From Podospora anserina (taxonomy: Eukaryota), in assembly GCA_017654855.1 (NCBI GenBank), contig CM030338.1:2356001-2420000 (forward strand): a DNA stretch of 64,000 bases, read 5' to 3'. This document shows, piece by piece, positions 36,923-51,236 of this stretch. A program made the position numbers and the translations under genes. Every line of letters begins with the position of its first letter. Positions within the stretch are counted from its first letter, which is position 1. Under the pieces are notes generated by a model. The model ran no database searches and had not been told where the DNA came from. It saw only the letters and a list, made by a program, of their open reading frames with translations.

Positions 36923-39790
36923 GGGGTGGCTGAGGAAGAAAAATTGTAAAATAGTTTAAAGGGTTTGATAGTGGGGGGCGGTCAGCAAGCAAAGCAAAGC
37001 AAGCAAGCAGGGTTAGATTAGCAAGGTGTTTTAGAGATGGCTGTTGGACACTTTGGAATCTAGATGTTTGTTCTTCTACATCGTAGTACCTGTTTGCTGG
37101 TGGTGTAATATGGGACTTGTCTATCTTGGCCTTGGGCCAGAACGGTACTACTAGTGGCAGCTTTTTAGCTATTACTCGACATCGACATGGACACCCAGAT
37201 GACGTTGCCCGCAAGGAAGAAAGGGAAACAAGCAGAGGTCGAAGCTTTTGCTTTCGAGAGAGGCCGCCAACGGGGCGTTTTAAAAGTCTTGTTTGACAAG
37301 GAAACGATTCCCGATCAGCATGAAAAACATGTTTTCTGTTGCATATTCTTTTTCTCTCCCATGTCAAAGCCGGTTGTTTTGGCTATTCCTCTCTTGTTCT
37401 TTTCCGCGACAGTTGGGTCGACCCCTTATCTCCACCGGGAGAGGGCATCGTTTCGGTGTTGATCACTTGATGGGAGGAGAGTTGTCAGTTTACCCCTTCT
37501 TTTACGGGATGAGATTTCTCTCTTCCGATCCCTGTGGCGGGATGGCGGATGAGACGAGTCAACAACGGGCATGAGTCGTCGGGTTGCGGGAAAGGGTAGG
37601 TTCAGGTTTTGGAGGCGGCGGCTAATAAACCACTTGACTCGATGGGGGGAGGGAAGGGTTGGTTATGCTGTTATGATGTGCATTATTCTTTGCTTTTTCT
37701 TACGACATGTTGAGCAGCTGGTTTCTCTATCAAAAAGGTTGTTTCTTCACTAGGGCTGGACAGCCTGTAGAATAGCATGACATTTACAATTCACTTTGGA
37801 TGGTATGTATCTAGCTAACAGTGTCCGTTAGGTGGGTGCTCAAATCATAAACACATACCGATGATGCTTCCCCTGCCTGGGCTATGATCACCACCAAGAG
37901 CGTAGGAGGATCCTGAAACGGCGCATACCTTTTTCGCTCAGGCAAAATGCAACGCTGTCACTGGGCCCCGCGATGATGAGAGAGCTTCTGTTCAAGATGA
38001 AGGACTGAACCCTTGCCAAGCCGGGCCTTGTCATCGTTTCCAACGGCGGCCGGGGGGGAAGTGCAGCAGATCCTCAAGAAATGGGGTGACTTTGCTTTGT
38101 GATCTGCAAGAGGTTCCCAATTAGGCGCTTGGTTCTTTTTTGTTTCTGTGATGGATGAGGTTTATATATGTGTGTGTGTGTGTGTGTGTAATGTCTTCAA
38201 GGCGGCTGTTGGTTCACCAACAACAGGCCTGAGTGATATCCGCGTTGGATCTGTCGCTGAAAGGCGGGGGGGGCAAGGAGGTCCCGGAGAAGTTACACAT
38301 GGTTGGAAAAAAATAAAAGGCTCCAACCTGGCTTGAGTGGGTTGCTTGGGCCGGTGGCCAGGAGGGAGGAGGGGGACCTCCTGAGCTGGGATATAGGTTG
38401 TAAGAAGGTAAGGTTGGCAGAGGAGGAACCTGACCTAGGTAGGGCTGCGGCGGGTGAGGTTCTTTCGACGACCCCAAGGCACATTAGATCGAATATACCG
38501 GACGTAGGTGTAAAATCTTACCAACTGCATGTTCAGCTTTCTCGGTTATATCCGGCATCAAGGCCGATACATATCATGCCGCCGGCGGGACTTGCAGATA
38601 TATAGCGTACCTATCTTGGGGAAGAGGTTCTTCAGCAACTGACGGGCTGCTGGGTGAGGTGAAGGGGCCGTGTCTCCATTGTTCCAAAGTCTCAAACATG
38701 CAAGCCCGCCATGTGTGTGTGGTGCTCCGAGTGGGAATCGCGCCTAGGGTGGCCAATCCTTTGTGGTCGGGTGCCCCTCAATGTCTCGAAGGGCCGCCAG
38801 ACCAGGGGTCCTGGGGATAGTCAGATAGCGCTGTACTTGTTTATTATGAAAGAGAAGACGTGTGAATAGAGGTACATGTCTAAGAGCTCTAGCGGCCGAA
38901 TGGAGTTGGTTTTTTAGAATTGTGAGGGCGAGCGCACTTACCCCCCCCATGCTGCCACAGCGCGTGGTTCCACAGGCACACCCGACTCTCTATCGCACCG
39001 TACCTTACCACCACACCTACCGACCTTTGTCTCTTTCGTCTCGTCTGCTGCGACTCCAACTTTGTGAACACGATCCCAGGATCTTTTTTTTTGCCCCTTC
39101 CCACCTGGTTCCCCCCGTTGTATCGCACGCAGCATCACTGCTGGGAGCCTTGCCCGAGGAAGCTTTACCGAGTGATCGCCTGGGGGAAGAAGAACAACAT
39201 CTCGTCACTTACCTCCGCTACCTACTCACTAGCCACCTCAGTGCACGCCCACCCGAAATATACGGCACGGCGCCAGCACAGAACCTCGCCGACTGACTGA
39301 CCGACTGACCGCCCATCCGTCACCTAGGACTTGGACTTGGACTTGGACTCGGACGTGGACATCTCCACCTTTTCCAACGAGAGAATCCCAGCCAACAACG
39401 TCTAGCAAGCAAGCAAGCGACTGCTGTGGACGTCGCAAGTTGTATCCTCTGGGCTGCTTGGCAATAGAATACACCCTTCGGCCTCGCGCTGCGCGGTGCT
39501 GCAGTTGCTGCTGCCGGTGGAAGTTGTCTCTCATCTTCATTGCGAAGCATCACGGGTCGTGTTTCGTTGACATCGGTAAGTCCGCACTGTCTTTTTTTCC
39601 TCCTGTCTCGACTAGGTTGTTGCCAGCGCCCAGCCTTGCCCCCTTTTCCTACCCTTCCTGACCGTTGGCGATCGCTAAAGAGACCCTGCCTTCAGCCAAC
39701 GCAAGCCTACATTAACTTTGACGACTTTGACGACGACTTTGACGACGACTCCTGCTTCGAGTCGCTGTAATAATATTCATCGACGACGAC

Positions 39791-42785
39791 ATGGCGATGC
39801 ACAACAGGTATGCATGTTCCACGACGCCACCGCTCATCTGTCCCTCTTTTCTAATCACGGCTCCTCTGCCTGCTGGTGGGTGAGCTGTCCAGGCCCCCGG
39901 GCGCGGACACCACACTGTCCACTGTCCACTGTGAGCCACAAGGGCCGGGGTTGCATGGGTGGGAAGCACGTCGGGATCATCTTGTTGCGCTGCCGTTCCC
40001 CAGAGAAACACCCTATTAGCGGTGGAGCTTGCGACCTGACCCCGCTGGGCCTGTCTGATTGCTGGCTCCCTGCTCGCCATGGACTCCATCGCCTGTTTTC
40101 TTTAATATTAAAAGACCCCGCCAGGGGGGAGGACAAGCAAGCTGATGTTTTTCTCCTATATAGTGTTTACGCGAACGGGCAGTTCATGAACCCAGGGCCT
40201 GCCCCCAAACCTCCGTCAGAGAAGCCTCGCCTGGGCCTGATGCCGAATGTCAACCTCCCTGGGTCTATGAGTTCCATGAGCCTGAACTCCCCCGTCCCGA
40301 GCAACTACAGCGGATCGACCATAGCCCTCCCCATCTCCCGACAAGGATCCAACACCATGGAAGGCGCCGGAGGACTCGCCATCATCAAGCAGGGCCCTGT
40401 TGGCCTTCCCAGCAAGAACCCTTTCCAGCAGTGGAAGCAGAGATACCTGATCCTGCGCAAGGACATTCTGGACTTCCACAAGAACGAGAACGGCAAGCAG
40501 CTCTACAAGATTCAACTATCCGATGTTGTAAGTGTTGGCCGAGTCGAAGACGACAACGGCGACCCCGTCTTCGAGATCAAGCGGCACTTGACCAACCAGT
40601 ACGTCGGGCCGCCAGGCGACGACGACGGAAATGGCATGAGATCACTGCGTGTCTGCGTCAAGAGTGACGATGATTTGTACGAATGGATCGACTGCATCTA
40701 CGCCCGCTGCCCCGGCGGCGTCAGCAACCCTACCAACTTCTCACACGCCGTACACGTCGGCTTCAACCCTCACACCGGCCAGTTCACCGGGCTTCCGGAA
40801 GAATGGACCCGACTACTCAACTCGTCAGCCATCACCAAGGAGGATGTCGAGAGAAACCCCCAGGCCGTGTTTGAGGTCCTCGACTTCTACTCCGACTTGG
40901 CCAAGCGCGCCGAGAACCCCGAGGAGTACCCTACACCCATCCAACAGACGCCCTCCCCGAACATGATGCAGAATGATCAGTTTGGCTATCCCAGCAGCGG
41001 GAGCTCGATCGCGCCGCCGAGACAGACCAAGCCCATCCAACCACAGCGTAGCCCCGCATCATACTCGACGACCCCGAACGCGCAAATGCGACCGAACGAG
41101 CCGCAGCAACCCCCCATGCAGCAGCTCCAGAACGTGTCACCAAATTACATCTCGGCCGATCGCATGCGGGAAGAACAACGATACAGAGAATTGGAACGAC
41201 AACGAGAACAGTTGAGAGAAAGGGAGGAACAGGCTCGCCGGGAGCAGGAGGCTTATAATGCGTCGCTTCCCAAGACCAAGGTTCCTCTGGCGCAGCAAGA
41301 AATCGGTGGTGGCTACGGCGCGCCACCGGCCACCGATAGATTCAACCCATCCCGGGCTGCCCCCAAGGCTCCAGGACAGGGACAGGCCCTCAAGTCACAG
41401 AGACCAGCCCCGCCTCCACCAAGCAGCTCTGCTTCTCGCCCTCCCATGCAACAGCAGCCCAGCTCTGGCCAAATCCCGTCCGGCCAACAAAGATTACCAC
41501 CACGGCCTGATCAGGCTCAACCTTCGCGGTACCAGAATGGCTCGGCGGCTGCCACACGGCAACCACAACCTCAACCTCAGGCTTCTCGCCTGCCCGCCCC
41601 CGTGAAGCCCCTGAATGTTGCCAAGCCAAATAATGATGCCGTCAAGGCTGCCGAGGCCGCCCTGACAGCTAAGCCTCCCGCGACAGAGCGCAAGCAGGAT
41701 GTTCGCATGTCGACCATGTCTGAGAATGAGGTTATGGCCAAGTTGAGGGAAGTTGTGTCCAACCACGATCCCAACCAGCTGTATTCCAAGCAAAAGAAGA
41801 TTGGCCAGGGTGCGTCCGGGTCCGTCTACGTGGCCAAGATCATCTCGCAACGACCAGGCGCTCCGCAGGTGTCGCAGCTCAAGGCCCGCGGCGGTAGCGA
41901 CCGTGTCGCTATCAAGCAGATGGATCTGGCTCACCAGCCCCGCAAGGAGTTGATTGTGAACGAGATTCTGGTCATGAAGGAGAACAAGCACGCCAACATT
42001 GTCAACTACCTGGATGCCTTCCTTATGGATAACGACAAGGAGCTCTGGGTGGTGATGGAGTACATGGAGGGTGGTGCGTTGACGGATGTTATTGAGAACA
42101 ACCCTGTTATTACGGAGGAGCAGATTTCTACCATCTGCCTTGAGGTATGTTGACTGATTGGGGAGCATGGAGGGACGGATGAGTGCTAACATGGGATACA
42201 GACATGCCAAGGTTTGGATCATTTGCATGCTCAAAACATCATTCACCGCGACATCAAGTCTGACAATGTCCTTTTGGACGCTCGGGGTAACGTCAAGATT
42301 AGTATGTTTTTTTTTCCTCTTTCTTTTTCAGTGCTCTTTGTCAGTCAAAGCAATTATGTGCTAACTTTTGTCCAGCTGATTTCGGCTTCTGCGCCAAGCT
42401 CACCGAGACCAAGTCCAAGCGAGCGACCATGGTCGGGACGCCTTACTGGATGGCGCCCGAGGTGGTGAAGCAAAAGGAGTACGGGCCCAAGGTGGATATT
42501 TGGTCGCTGGGCATCATGGCGATTGAAATGATTGAGAGCGAGCCGCCTTATCTGAACGAGGAGCCGCTCAAGGCGCTGTATCTGATTGCGACGAACGGGA
42601 CGCCGAGGCTGAAGAAGCCAGAGAAGCTGAGCAAGGAGCTCAAGGCCTTCCTGTCGGTGTGCCTGTGTGTTGACGTCAAGAGCAGGGCGTCGGCGCAGGA
42701 GCTGCTGAATCATGACTTTTTGAAGCATGGGTGCCCGCTGGCGAGTCTGAGCGAGCTGTTGGCCTTTAAGAGGGTGGCGAAATGA
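39791..42785 (+). CDS. CLA4: PAK kinase Cla4 (PH-CRIB-kinase); exons 39791-39807, 40164-42144, 42202-42301, 42376-42785
   Basis: PH domain ([10 protein letters not shown]...LYEWIDCIY), CRIB ([15 protein letters not shown]), and kinase motifs [18 protein letters not shown] and [12 protein letters not shown]. Confidence 0.95.
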
Positions 42786-43153
42786 GTCAATCATGAAATA
42801 AGGAAGGGAAAGGTGGGTATTGTTTGTTGAGAGGGAGGATGGGTTAATTAGGAAGGGGGTAATTGGATGTCTTGTTGTCTTTTTGAGACTTGGACGTGTG
42901 AGGAGAGCGAGATATGGTTTTTTTTTAATAAGCGGGAATAGGGATGGATGGAAATGGAAAGGGGCCTTTTCGTGGAGGGATATAGAAAGGTCTTTTTTTT
43001 GGTGGTGGGGAGGAAGGCGGGCGAATGAGGGAAAATGTGATGGTATAGAAAAGTCGAGGCATATGTTTAGTGATTGAGGAAAGATAAGTGAGCGGAAGAG
43101 ATATGGAGGAACTTGAGTGAGCGAGTGTTGTAGGAGGATAGCTAAAGATATTG

Positions 43154-43328
43154 TGTTGCTGTTGTGTGTGTGTGTGCTGTTGTGTGTGTGTGCTGTTGTG
43201 TGTGTGTGCTGTTGTGTGTGTGTGCTGTTGAAGTTGGGGGTGTTGTTTGTTTGTTTATATATATATGTAGTGTGCTTGGTTGTGTGTGTGTGTGGTTGTG
43301 TGTGTGTGTGGTTGTGTGTGTGTGTGTA
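43154..43328. repeat. Compound (GT)n/GCTGTT microsatellite downstream of CLA4
   Basis: Interrupted GT dinucleotide arrays. Confidence 0.85.
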
Positions 43329-46045
43329 GGATGGATTGATTCGATGGGTGGGAGTTGGGTGATTATGAAGGGTGTTTTTTACTTGTTGCTTTTTTTCTTC
43401 TGAGCGCAAAAGAGGATTTTTATTTATTTATTCAATATTCACACACCACCTATTCTGGACTCATGATTGTGAAGATTTATGTTGAGGTACTAGACTTTGG
43501 ATCTGATGGCCAAGATCATCTTGTGTTCTCGTTCTGGTCAGGGTTTGGGGTGTTTGTTTGGTCGAGTTGTGTTGTGCTCTCCTTTGACTGGGTAGACTTG
43601 TGGACTGGGGCCGGGGAGGGGGGAGGGGCATTTGGGAGGTCTAGATTTGTGCCTCGTTCGAGGGCGGGTGTTTCTGAGATATTCATATCGTAAGTTTAAG
43701 GGGAGAATCCGGGGTAAGAATGACGGGAGGGGGGCGGGGGATTAAAGAGGCATTGTGTGAATATGAAGAGACGCCCTCGTGGCGATCGAGGGGTTGGTTT
43801 CTTTGTCTGGGAGGGGAAGGGTCGTGGTGCTTGCGTCAGTGAGAGGTATTTTACACGGGATAGCCGAAGATGCGTTGAAGGCTTTAGGAAATATTTCCGA
43901 GTGTTGTTCTGTGTGTGTGCCTTGATTAGATTTGCCGGTTGAGAAGAGAGAAAATTGCTAGACCTTGAGTTTGTCTCTGCTAGACTTTTATACTTGATAA
44001 CGTTTGCCACTGAGGTGTGTGAGATGGGGTGTCATGATTGGGTACGATCCCAGTTTTACATCAACAGGCATTTAAGACGGACCAGACCGTCTGTCTATAC
44101 CAGTGTGTTGTGTATATGAGAGAGACTTTCCATTATCGTGAGATATCATTCTACATGCAGTCTACTTAGACCGGGCCATCTCCTCCGCGTCATATCTCCG
44201 TTTGTCTCTTTCTTGCTGCCAGATTGAGTTTTGGAGGTTAGATTTTTCGGGGACCTCGGCGGTTAACAAAGAAGGGCCCCCCGTTTTTGCCCCTGAAGAT
44301 TGTCAAAGAGTTGATTTTCCTATCGGGGTTTGTTCCTGTCCCCCTTCCTTGGCGGGGTCGAGATCTGCAAAAGAGGTCTTCGAAAGTATCCCGAGTTTGT
44401 GTCTTTTGTCTAAAAAGAAGACTGGTGGGGTGTGGGTATAGCAAAGGAAGGGGCATAGGTATGAGGTGGGCAAGCAGACGCGAATACAGAAAATCTGGGC
44501 GGCGTTTCAGATTCTTCGAGTAGAATCCCTTCTGGAGGGTGATTGGTGGGGTTAGCTATGTAAGGTAGGAAGGGGAGAGGGAGGGGGGGTGTTAGTTGGG
44601 GAGCATGAATATGGATTGGCGGGGATCTCTGTTGGAGGAGATTTATAGGAGAGATCTTAACCCCCCCAATCGCTGGTGGAAGCTTTCGAGAAGGAGGGGA
44701 GCTAAGAGAGAGGGGAGCTAAGAGAGAGGGGGTTATTAGGGTCTGGTGTTGATGAAGTGTGACGAAAATGGAAGATGTTGCAGAGGAGGGTCTCAGAGAG
44801 CTCGGAGAAAGGGGTCGGCAAGTTGAGTCAGGGGGTGGTGGTGTAATTCACTCTTATAGCAGAGAAGACAGACGGTCATGCACACGAGCCATATCGCCGA
44901 CGGGCCACGCCGTGGAGGGGCATGCGGTGGTCTTTAATGCTTCCTCCTTTGCGGACGTAAAAGTCGGACTATGCAAGGCAGGCGTGAGTGATAGTTTTAC
45001 TCGTAGTCCCGATCGTCGCTCAAAATGCAAGCTGCAGGTCGGGAGGAAGGGTAAAAAAGACAACCTGCATACCACCCGAAATAGGACGAGCTGAACCAGG
45101 GACGCCACGTCTTTGAGAAGCACATCTTGAGAGAGAAGAGGATGATCTGATGGGTGGATGGATGGCATCCGAGGGCGGATAGACGGCCGCAAGTGCCAGT
45201 CCATACAAGGCGAGTGATGGGCATTTACTTAGGTCACCGTCCATGTCGGATTCAGGGGTGATGTTTGGTGGCACAGACTGCATCCCCGCAGCAGGCTCTT
45301 GCTCCCCGCTGTGATTATTCTGAGAGAAAGTGACAGGAGAAATGGAAGGAGGAGCCGAGAGTCACCCTCACTAATTAGGATACTGTAAATGACAGCCTTG
45401 TGACAGCGTGACAACTTCCAAGGTTCAAAGTGCGCAAGCCTTTGTCAGTTGTCAGTGCCCTTCCAACAAGTTCGAAGCCGGCTCCGGGGGGCTCACAGGG
45501 CTCACAGCGGTAACAAAGTGGACACGGTGTGGGCCTGCACAAAAAACCTGACGTCCGCCCAGTGGTCGAAAGCACCAGCTTTTGCAGCTAACCCCTAGTG
45601 TTTCATCTTTCCTCTTTCACTCCCGCCTTGTCATCTCAACCCCCCGAACATCGCTTTTTTTCTGGGCTGCCACCCCCCCACCGGCACTCAATCACTACTA
45701 CAACCACGAACACCACTACCACTCGCTACTACTCTCTCTCAACCTCACCTCACCTCCTCCCTCCTCCACACGACTACAACGTCGGCTTCTCTTGGACGAC
45801 GACGACGACGTCAACGTCCTCCTCTCTCTCTCTCTCTCTCATCCCCCAGACTGCCACCTAATGATGCCTGTATATTGTTATTAGGTCTTTCTTAACATTT
45901 ACTTGCATACTCTGTAGTCCGCCTGCGAAAAAGAGCGGGAGCACCTAGCAAAGGGGTAGTCGGACCACAAAGGAGAGCCGTCCCGCCCTATCCCCAGGAA
46001 AGCCAAGCCGAAACGCGCGAACGGGAGCAACCCTCAGCAGCAGCA

Positions 46046-46084
46046 GCATTTCTGCATTTCTGCATTTCTGCATTTCTGCATTTC
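46046..46084. repeat. Short tandem repeat (GCATTTCT) x ~5 upstream of the PUF gene
   Basis: gcatttct gcatttct gcatttct gcatttct gcatttc. Confidence 0.85.
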
Positions 46085-46587
46085 CATCCAAAAAGAGGTC
46101 AATCGAGTTTCTTGAACCACTCACCTCTCCCCTCCTCCCCTCGACTCGACCTCAACCTCGACCTGAACCACCTCTCGACCCTCTTCTCTTTTCTCTCCTC
46201 TCATAGACAAAAAGGCCCCGGCCACACCAACGACGGCACTCCTCTTCGTCACATCGACCTTGTAATTGAGTTGCAGCTGCCAGCTTGCGACTTCGTATTT
46301 GACTCGACTTTGCTACCCTTCAGCGACGCTCCTTCGGCCCGGCCTTTGCCGTTAGTTCTCAATCCTCGCTTAATTGGATCCTCGCAGTGCGGTCTTCCGC
46401 CGTGCATTATTTTTTCCCCCCCAGAGATCACCCTCTCCACAACCGACCGCGCTCTTCACGTCGTCGCACCGCTCTGGCAGTTTCGGGCCCGACGTTGTGA
46501 CGCCATTGCCCCCAGGCCGGAAAAAAGGGAAAAAAAACTAAATACATACAAGTATCTGACGAGGGTCGGAATAAACGATAATCGATA

Positions 46588-49500
46588 ATGTCGACTTCAA
46601 GACCAGCCGAGCATCTGACCATTGGCTACCCGCCACAGACCGTGTCCGCTCAGAACCGCTCCAACTCCCCAACAAGCACCTCCCCCAACGACCCCCAGTC
46701 CGCCGGCAGCACCCTGAGGTCTCCATATGGTCTTTCTCCAGGTCTGACGCCCACCTCCAAGATGCCGGGTGCTTCGCGCTCTGGTGCCGGTTCTCCGAAT
46801 CACGAGATGGCGGCGTCTGGCCGTTTGTTCTCCAAGCGGTAAGCTCCCAGCCACTCCACTCCCATCCACCTCCGGGTGAACACATGTGCTGATTTTTCAA
46901 ACTCCAGGGCCCGAGAAATCCAAGCTCAAGAAGGCATCCCGGGAATCCCGGTGAATCCCTGGGGCGGACCTCCGACTAGCGGCAACTCGACTCCTCTTCG
47001 TGAAAACATCCCCGAGTCGCCGACCGATGGCTTCCCCGACTTCGCACAGCTACCCACACCACAGGAGCTTCCCTCAACACGCCGTGCTCGTGCCGGCACC
47101 GTTCCGTCTCGCTTCTCCCCGGGTGGGGCCGGCAATGGATTGCTTGCCATCCCGTCTCTGGCTTCCAAGACGTCTCGTCCAAGCCCCTCTCAGACGCCGT
47201 TCAAGTCTCCATCACCGGGCATCGAGTCATCCGGCAACGATATTTCCAATGCTTCAGCACTTCTCTCGAGGCTGAGGGCTGGCTCCATGCCACAAAGAAG
47301 CCCGTTCGCCCACGTGCCTGGCACCAGCTCTCCGTTTGGTCCTTCTATCTTCAGCAGCTGGAACCCCACCGGGACAGGGCGCGACAGAGGCAACACACTG
47401 GCCAGCATTGCCAGTGTTCCTTCCAACGGGCCTAGTTCTCCCGCGCAGTCTCACTTTTCCCGAGAGGGCAATGCTGAGAGTGATGTTCATATGAGAACGC
47501 TGGACTACCTTGGTCTTGCGGAAACACCTCAGCCCGCACGAGCTCAGATTGCTACTCCGACATATGTCCCCAACTATGCCGATTTCTCCAAGGCCGCCAA
47601 CCGTTTCCGGTCTTACTCGGTGAACAACAAGGACAGGTATGCGGACGAAGATGAGGATGATTATGACGACCCGGTCATGATGATGGAGAACCAGTATTTG
47701 CAGATTCAGGATCAGCTCGCTGCCACCAATGCTGCCATCCAGCAGCACAACCTGGCCGTCCAGGCCTTTGCGAACCAGGCCGCCCGTCCTCGTGCCAGGA
47801 CCGCTGGTGTGCTGGATACTCCGGCATCCCGCGTTCTTCGCAACTACTACCCCACTCCCTCCAGGCTTGATGAATCCATCACGGCCTCTGACATCCGTGT
47901 TTCTGGTGACAAGGAATACGATGATCTTCCGCAAGCCGTTGCTGGGTTGTCGCTTGGTAGGTCCAACAGTCGCAACAATGGCCTCTTGAGCGCCGAAGAA
48001 CAGGGGCTGGAAGGTCCAACTAGTGCTTTGTGGCTCGGCAGCATCCCCACATCCACCACCACATCGACCCTGACGGAGATGTTCAAGTCGTACGGACCTA
48101 TCTTGTCAGCTAGGGTCTTGACTCACAAGAACTGCGGCTTTGTGAACTTTGAACGGGTCGACAGTGCCATCTCCGCCAAGAACACAATGAATGGAAAGGA
48201 GATCTTCCCTGGTGCCGGGCCCATTCGCATCAACTTTGCGAAGCCCCCCTCCGCTTCCAACACGCCAGGACATGACGGAGCCATGCCCTCGCCCAGCCCT
48301 GATCCGTTTTCCAAGGGCCAGGACAACTCTCAGGGTATGGGCACCGGTGCTCCCGGCGACTCTTCTCCCGCTGCGCTTGTGGGCACTGCGACGCCGACCG
48401 TGCCCCCTCTTGCTGAGATGACCGGTGATATTCTCAGTATTGTTGTCCAGTTTGGGGCGACTGAGGAAGACAAGTACAACATCTCGGCTAGCCTCCAGCG
48501 GGCGATCCAGTACGGCGAGTTCGTTGACGAAATCCCTCCCATCAAGGAACCTGCGCACACCAGAATCCACGATGCGCCCAAGCTCCGGGATATCCGCAAA
48601 AGGATTGACAACCAGGCCTTGTCCCAGGCCGAGATCGAGAGCATTGCCGTTGACATGCTTCCCGAGATTGCCGAGCTTTCTTCGGATTACCTTGGCAACA
48701 CGGTCGTCCAGAAGCTCTTTGAGCACTGCTCTGATGATGTTCGCGATCAGATGCTGGCCGAGATCGCGCCGCACATGGCCGAGATTGGCGTCCACAAGAA
48801 CGGAACCTGGGCTGCGCAGAAGATTATCGAAGTGTGTAAGACACCGCACCAGATGAACCTCATTGTGCAGCACTTGCGCCCTTACACGATCCCTCTGTTC
48901 TTGGATCAGTACGGCAACTACGTTCTCCAGGGCTGCCTGAAGTTTGGAAGTCCCCACAACGACTTCATCTTTGAGACCATGCTGAGCAGAATGTGGGAGG
49001 CGGCGCAGGGACGATATGGAGCTCGCGCCATGCGGGCTTGTCTAGAGAGCCACCATGCCACCAAGGACCAGCAGAGGCTGCTTGCTGCCGCCATTGCTCT
49101 CCACAGTGTCAAGCTTGCGACCAATGCCAACGGTGCGCTGCTCTTGACCTGGTTCCTGGACACCTGCACCTTCCCACAGAGACGCACAGTTCTCTCGCCC
49201 CAGCTTGTGCCCTACTTGGTCAATCTGTGCACCCACAAGGTTGCTTACCTGACGGTCCTCAAGGTTATCAACCAGAAGGCCGAGGGAGACGCCAGAGACA
49301 CCGTTCTCAAGGCGCTCTTCTTCACCCCCAATGATCAGGTTTTGGAGGCGATCCTGAGCGACCACGCCTGCGGAGCCACCTTGATTTTCAAGGTGCTCAC
49401 CACGCCCTTCTTTGACGAGACAATCCGCAGCCAGGTAGTCGAGACGGTCAAGAATGTGTTGATTCGCATCAAGGCCCAGCCGGGACAGGGTTACAAGCGG

Positions 49501-50248
49501 CTGATGGATGAAGTTGGACTGTCCACCCGCAGCGGTGGAGGCGGTGGAAACAGCGCCTCTCGCGATCACAGCAATGACAACAGGCAACGACCAGGCTCGA
49601 GACAGACCCCCGGCAACGCTCAGCACCACCAGCAACCGCAGCAGGCTCAACAAGCTCAGCAGCAGCAGCAGCAAGGTGGACAGTACAACGGCAATGCCGC
49701 TCCTCAGTACTACAACCATCTCAATGCCCCTGCTGGCGTTCCTGGTTACGACATGGCATATGGAGTTCCCCGTGGCGAGGGGGTTGATGCCGGCTTGACC
49801 CAGCAGTTCCCAACCTTCCAGCAGGGAGCCATGTACAATGCACCAAACACGCCCATGGCACCCGCCTCCATCCAGCAGATGCAGTACCAGCAGGCCATGA
49901 TGCGGGGAGGGCCGCCCATGAGCAACTACTACTCTGCCGCAGTCCCTGCTGGCTTCAACGGGTATCCGGACCAGTACCGTAACATCGGTAGCCCGATCCA
50001 GCCCCCGAGCGCTCAGCTGTCGAACGTCCCCGGACAGGCGCCATTCCCTCCGGCCCCCGGATTCGGCATGAACATGAGTTATGGCTATGGTGGCCAGGGA
50101 CAGATGCCACCCAACATGGGATACATGCCGCAGCAGGAGCAAGGCAACAACAGCCGACGTGGACGTGTAGGTCGCAGCCCACAACCTGACAGACGCCGTC
50201 AGTGAACTGGGAACATGTTACTCACATCTGACACTGTAACAGAGATGA
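46588..50248 (+). CDS. JSN1: RRM + Pumilio-repeat RNA-binding protein (Jsn1/Puf1-Puf2 type); exons 46588-46838, 46908-50166, probable last exon 50243-50248
   Basis: RRM (ALWLGSIP...KNCGFVNF) and PUF repeats (SDYLGNTVVQKLFE, HKNGTWAAQKIIE, DQYGNYVLQ, GRYGARAMR, NANGALLL), with a Q/G-rich tail. If the terminal intron is not spliced, the ORF ends at 50205. Confidence 0.9.
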
Positions 50249-51236
50249 AGATTTTTTTTCGACGATTACGGAACGGAACGCTAAATAATGATCATCATGC
50301 CGAGCGTTGGGATGAATTCAAATTACTGTACGGAATAGATAAAGCATTGGGCACAGCACAGCGGGCATGTGCCGGGCGTTTTTTCTTTTTTTGAGAGGGG
50401 CCTTGATTCGTCGACCACTTTTGTTTCTTCTGGTCGACTGATATCTAGGTGGGGGTTCTGTTTGCGGGTTGGATTTGGGGGGGGTGAATCAACAGTTCTG
50501 TATCACAGGCTGTTGGTTTTTCTTCCTGATTCTTTTTTTTTTCTTACTTCTTCCTGTTGATTACTTTTTGCAAGAGTACAAGTTTGTTCTTTTTCTTGAT
50601 GTGAACAATTGATGATTTGGGGGGGATGCCCTATGAAGAGATGGATGATGGATGGGATTGTTGGGTGTGGGTTGGTGGGGGGATCAAGGTAAGAGGATGG
50701 AAAGGGAAAGGTAAAAAGGGGGGTTCATTAGGTACTGCACAATGGGCAAATGTTTTCGTTTTTTTTTGGATGTTGTTTGTTGCTGTTGGTTTGTGTTTTG
50801 GTGATTTTGTGTTGTGTGGTTGATTCTTTTCTGTGATGTGATAAGGGGGATTCCTCTGTGAGGGTCGATTGTCAAGGTGAGAGTTGAGGACGGGAAAAAA
50901 ATTGAAAAAGAGTACTGGGGAATGAGAGGCTTAACTTGTGTTGTTTTGTTTGGTATGTGTTGCGTTCTTGTTCGGCTGCTGTTATTGTCGTTGTTGGGGC
51001 AGCTAGACTATGTGAGGCTCTGGTGTAGGTATGTAAGGGTATGTGTATAGATGAGACGAAAGACTGATTGATGTTGAAAAAAAAAGGAGGTCGATGTGTG
51101 GATGGGATAAGTAGGAAATAGTATATACAAGGTAGACTGTTGAACTCAGGTGTATTCTTATTCGGTGTGATATATACCCCTAACCTAAAGATATTCAAAA
51201 GAAAAACAGTTCATAACACATCATCACATCTCGCAT

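Noticed and set aside
36920-36949. Possible stop-loss extensions at other TAG-ending genes (GRS1, RPF1, dehydratase, caspase-like gene)
   Set aside because: Each meets TAA or TGA within about 8-30 codons. They serve as negative controls for the SNF5 observation.
39718-40163. N-terminal ~150 aa of the 811-aa CLA4 ORF in the track
   Set aside because: This is read-through of the first intron (39808-40163). The real start is probably ATG 39791 on a 17-nt exon.
43500-44040. Short - strand ORF fragments downstream of CLA4
   Set aside because: Broken by TAA, TGA and TAG in all frames, with no motif or consistent splice pattern.
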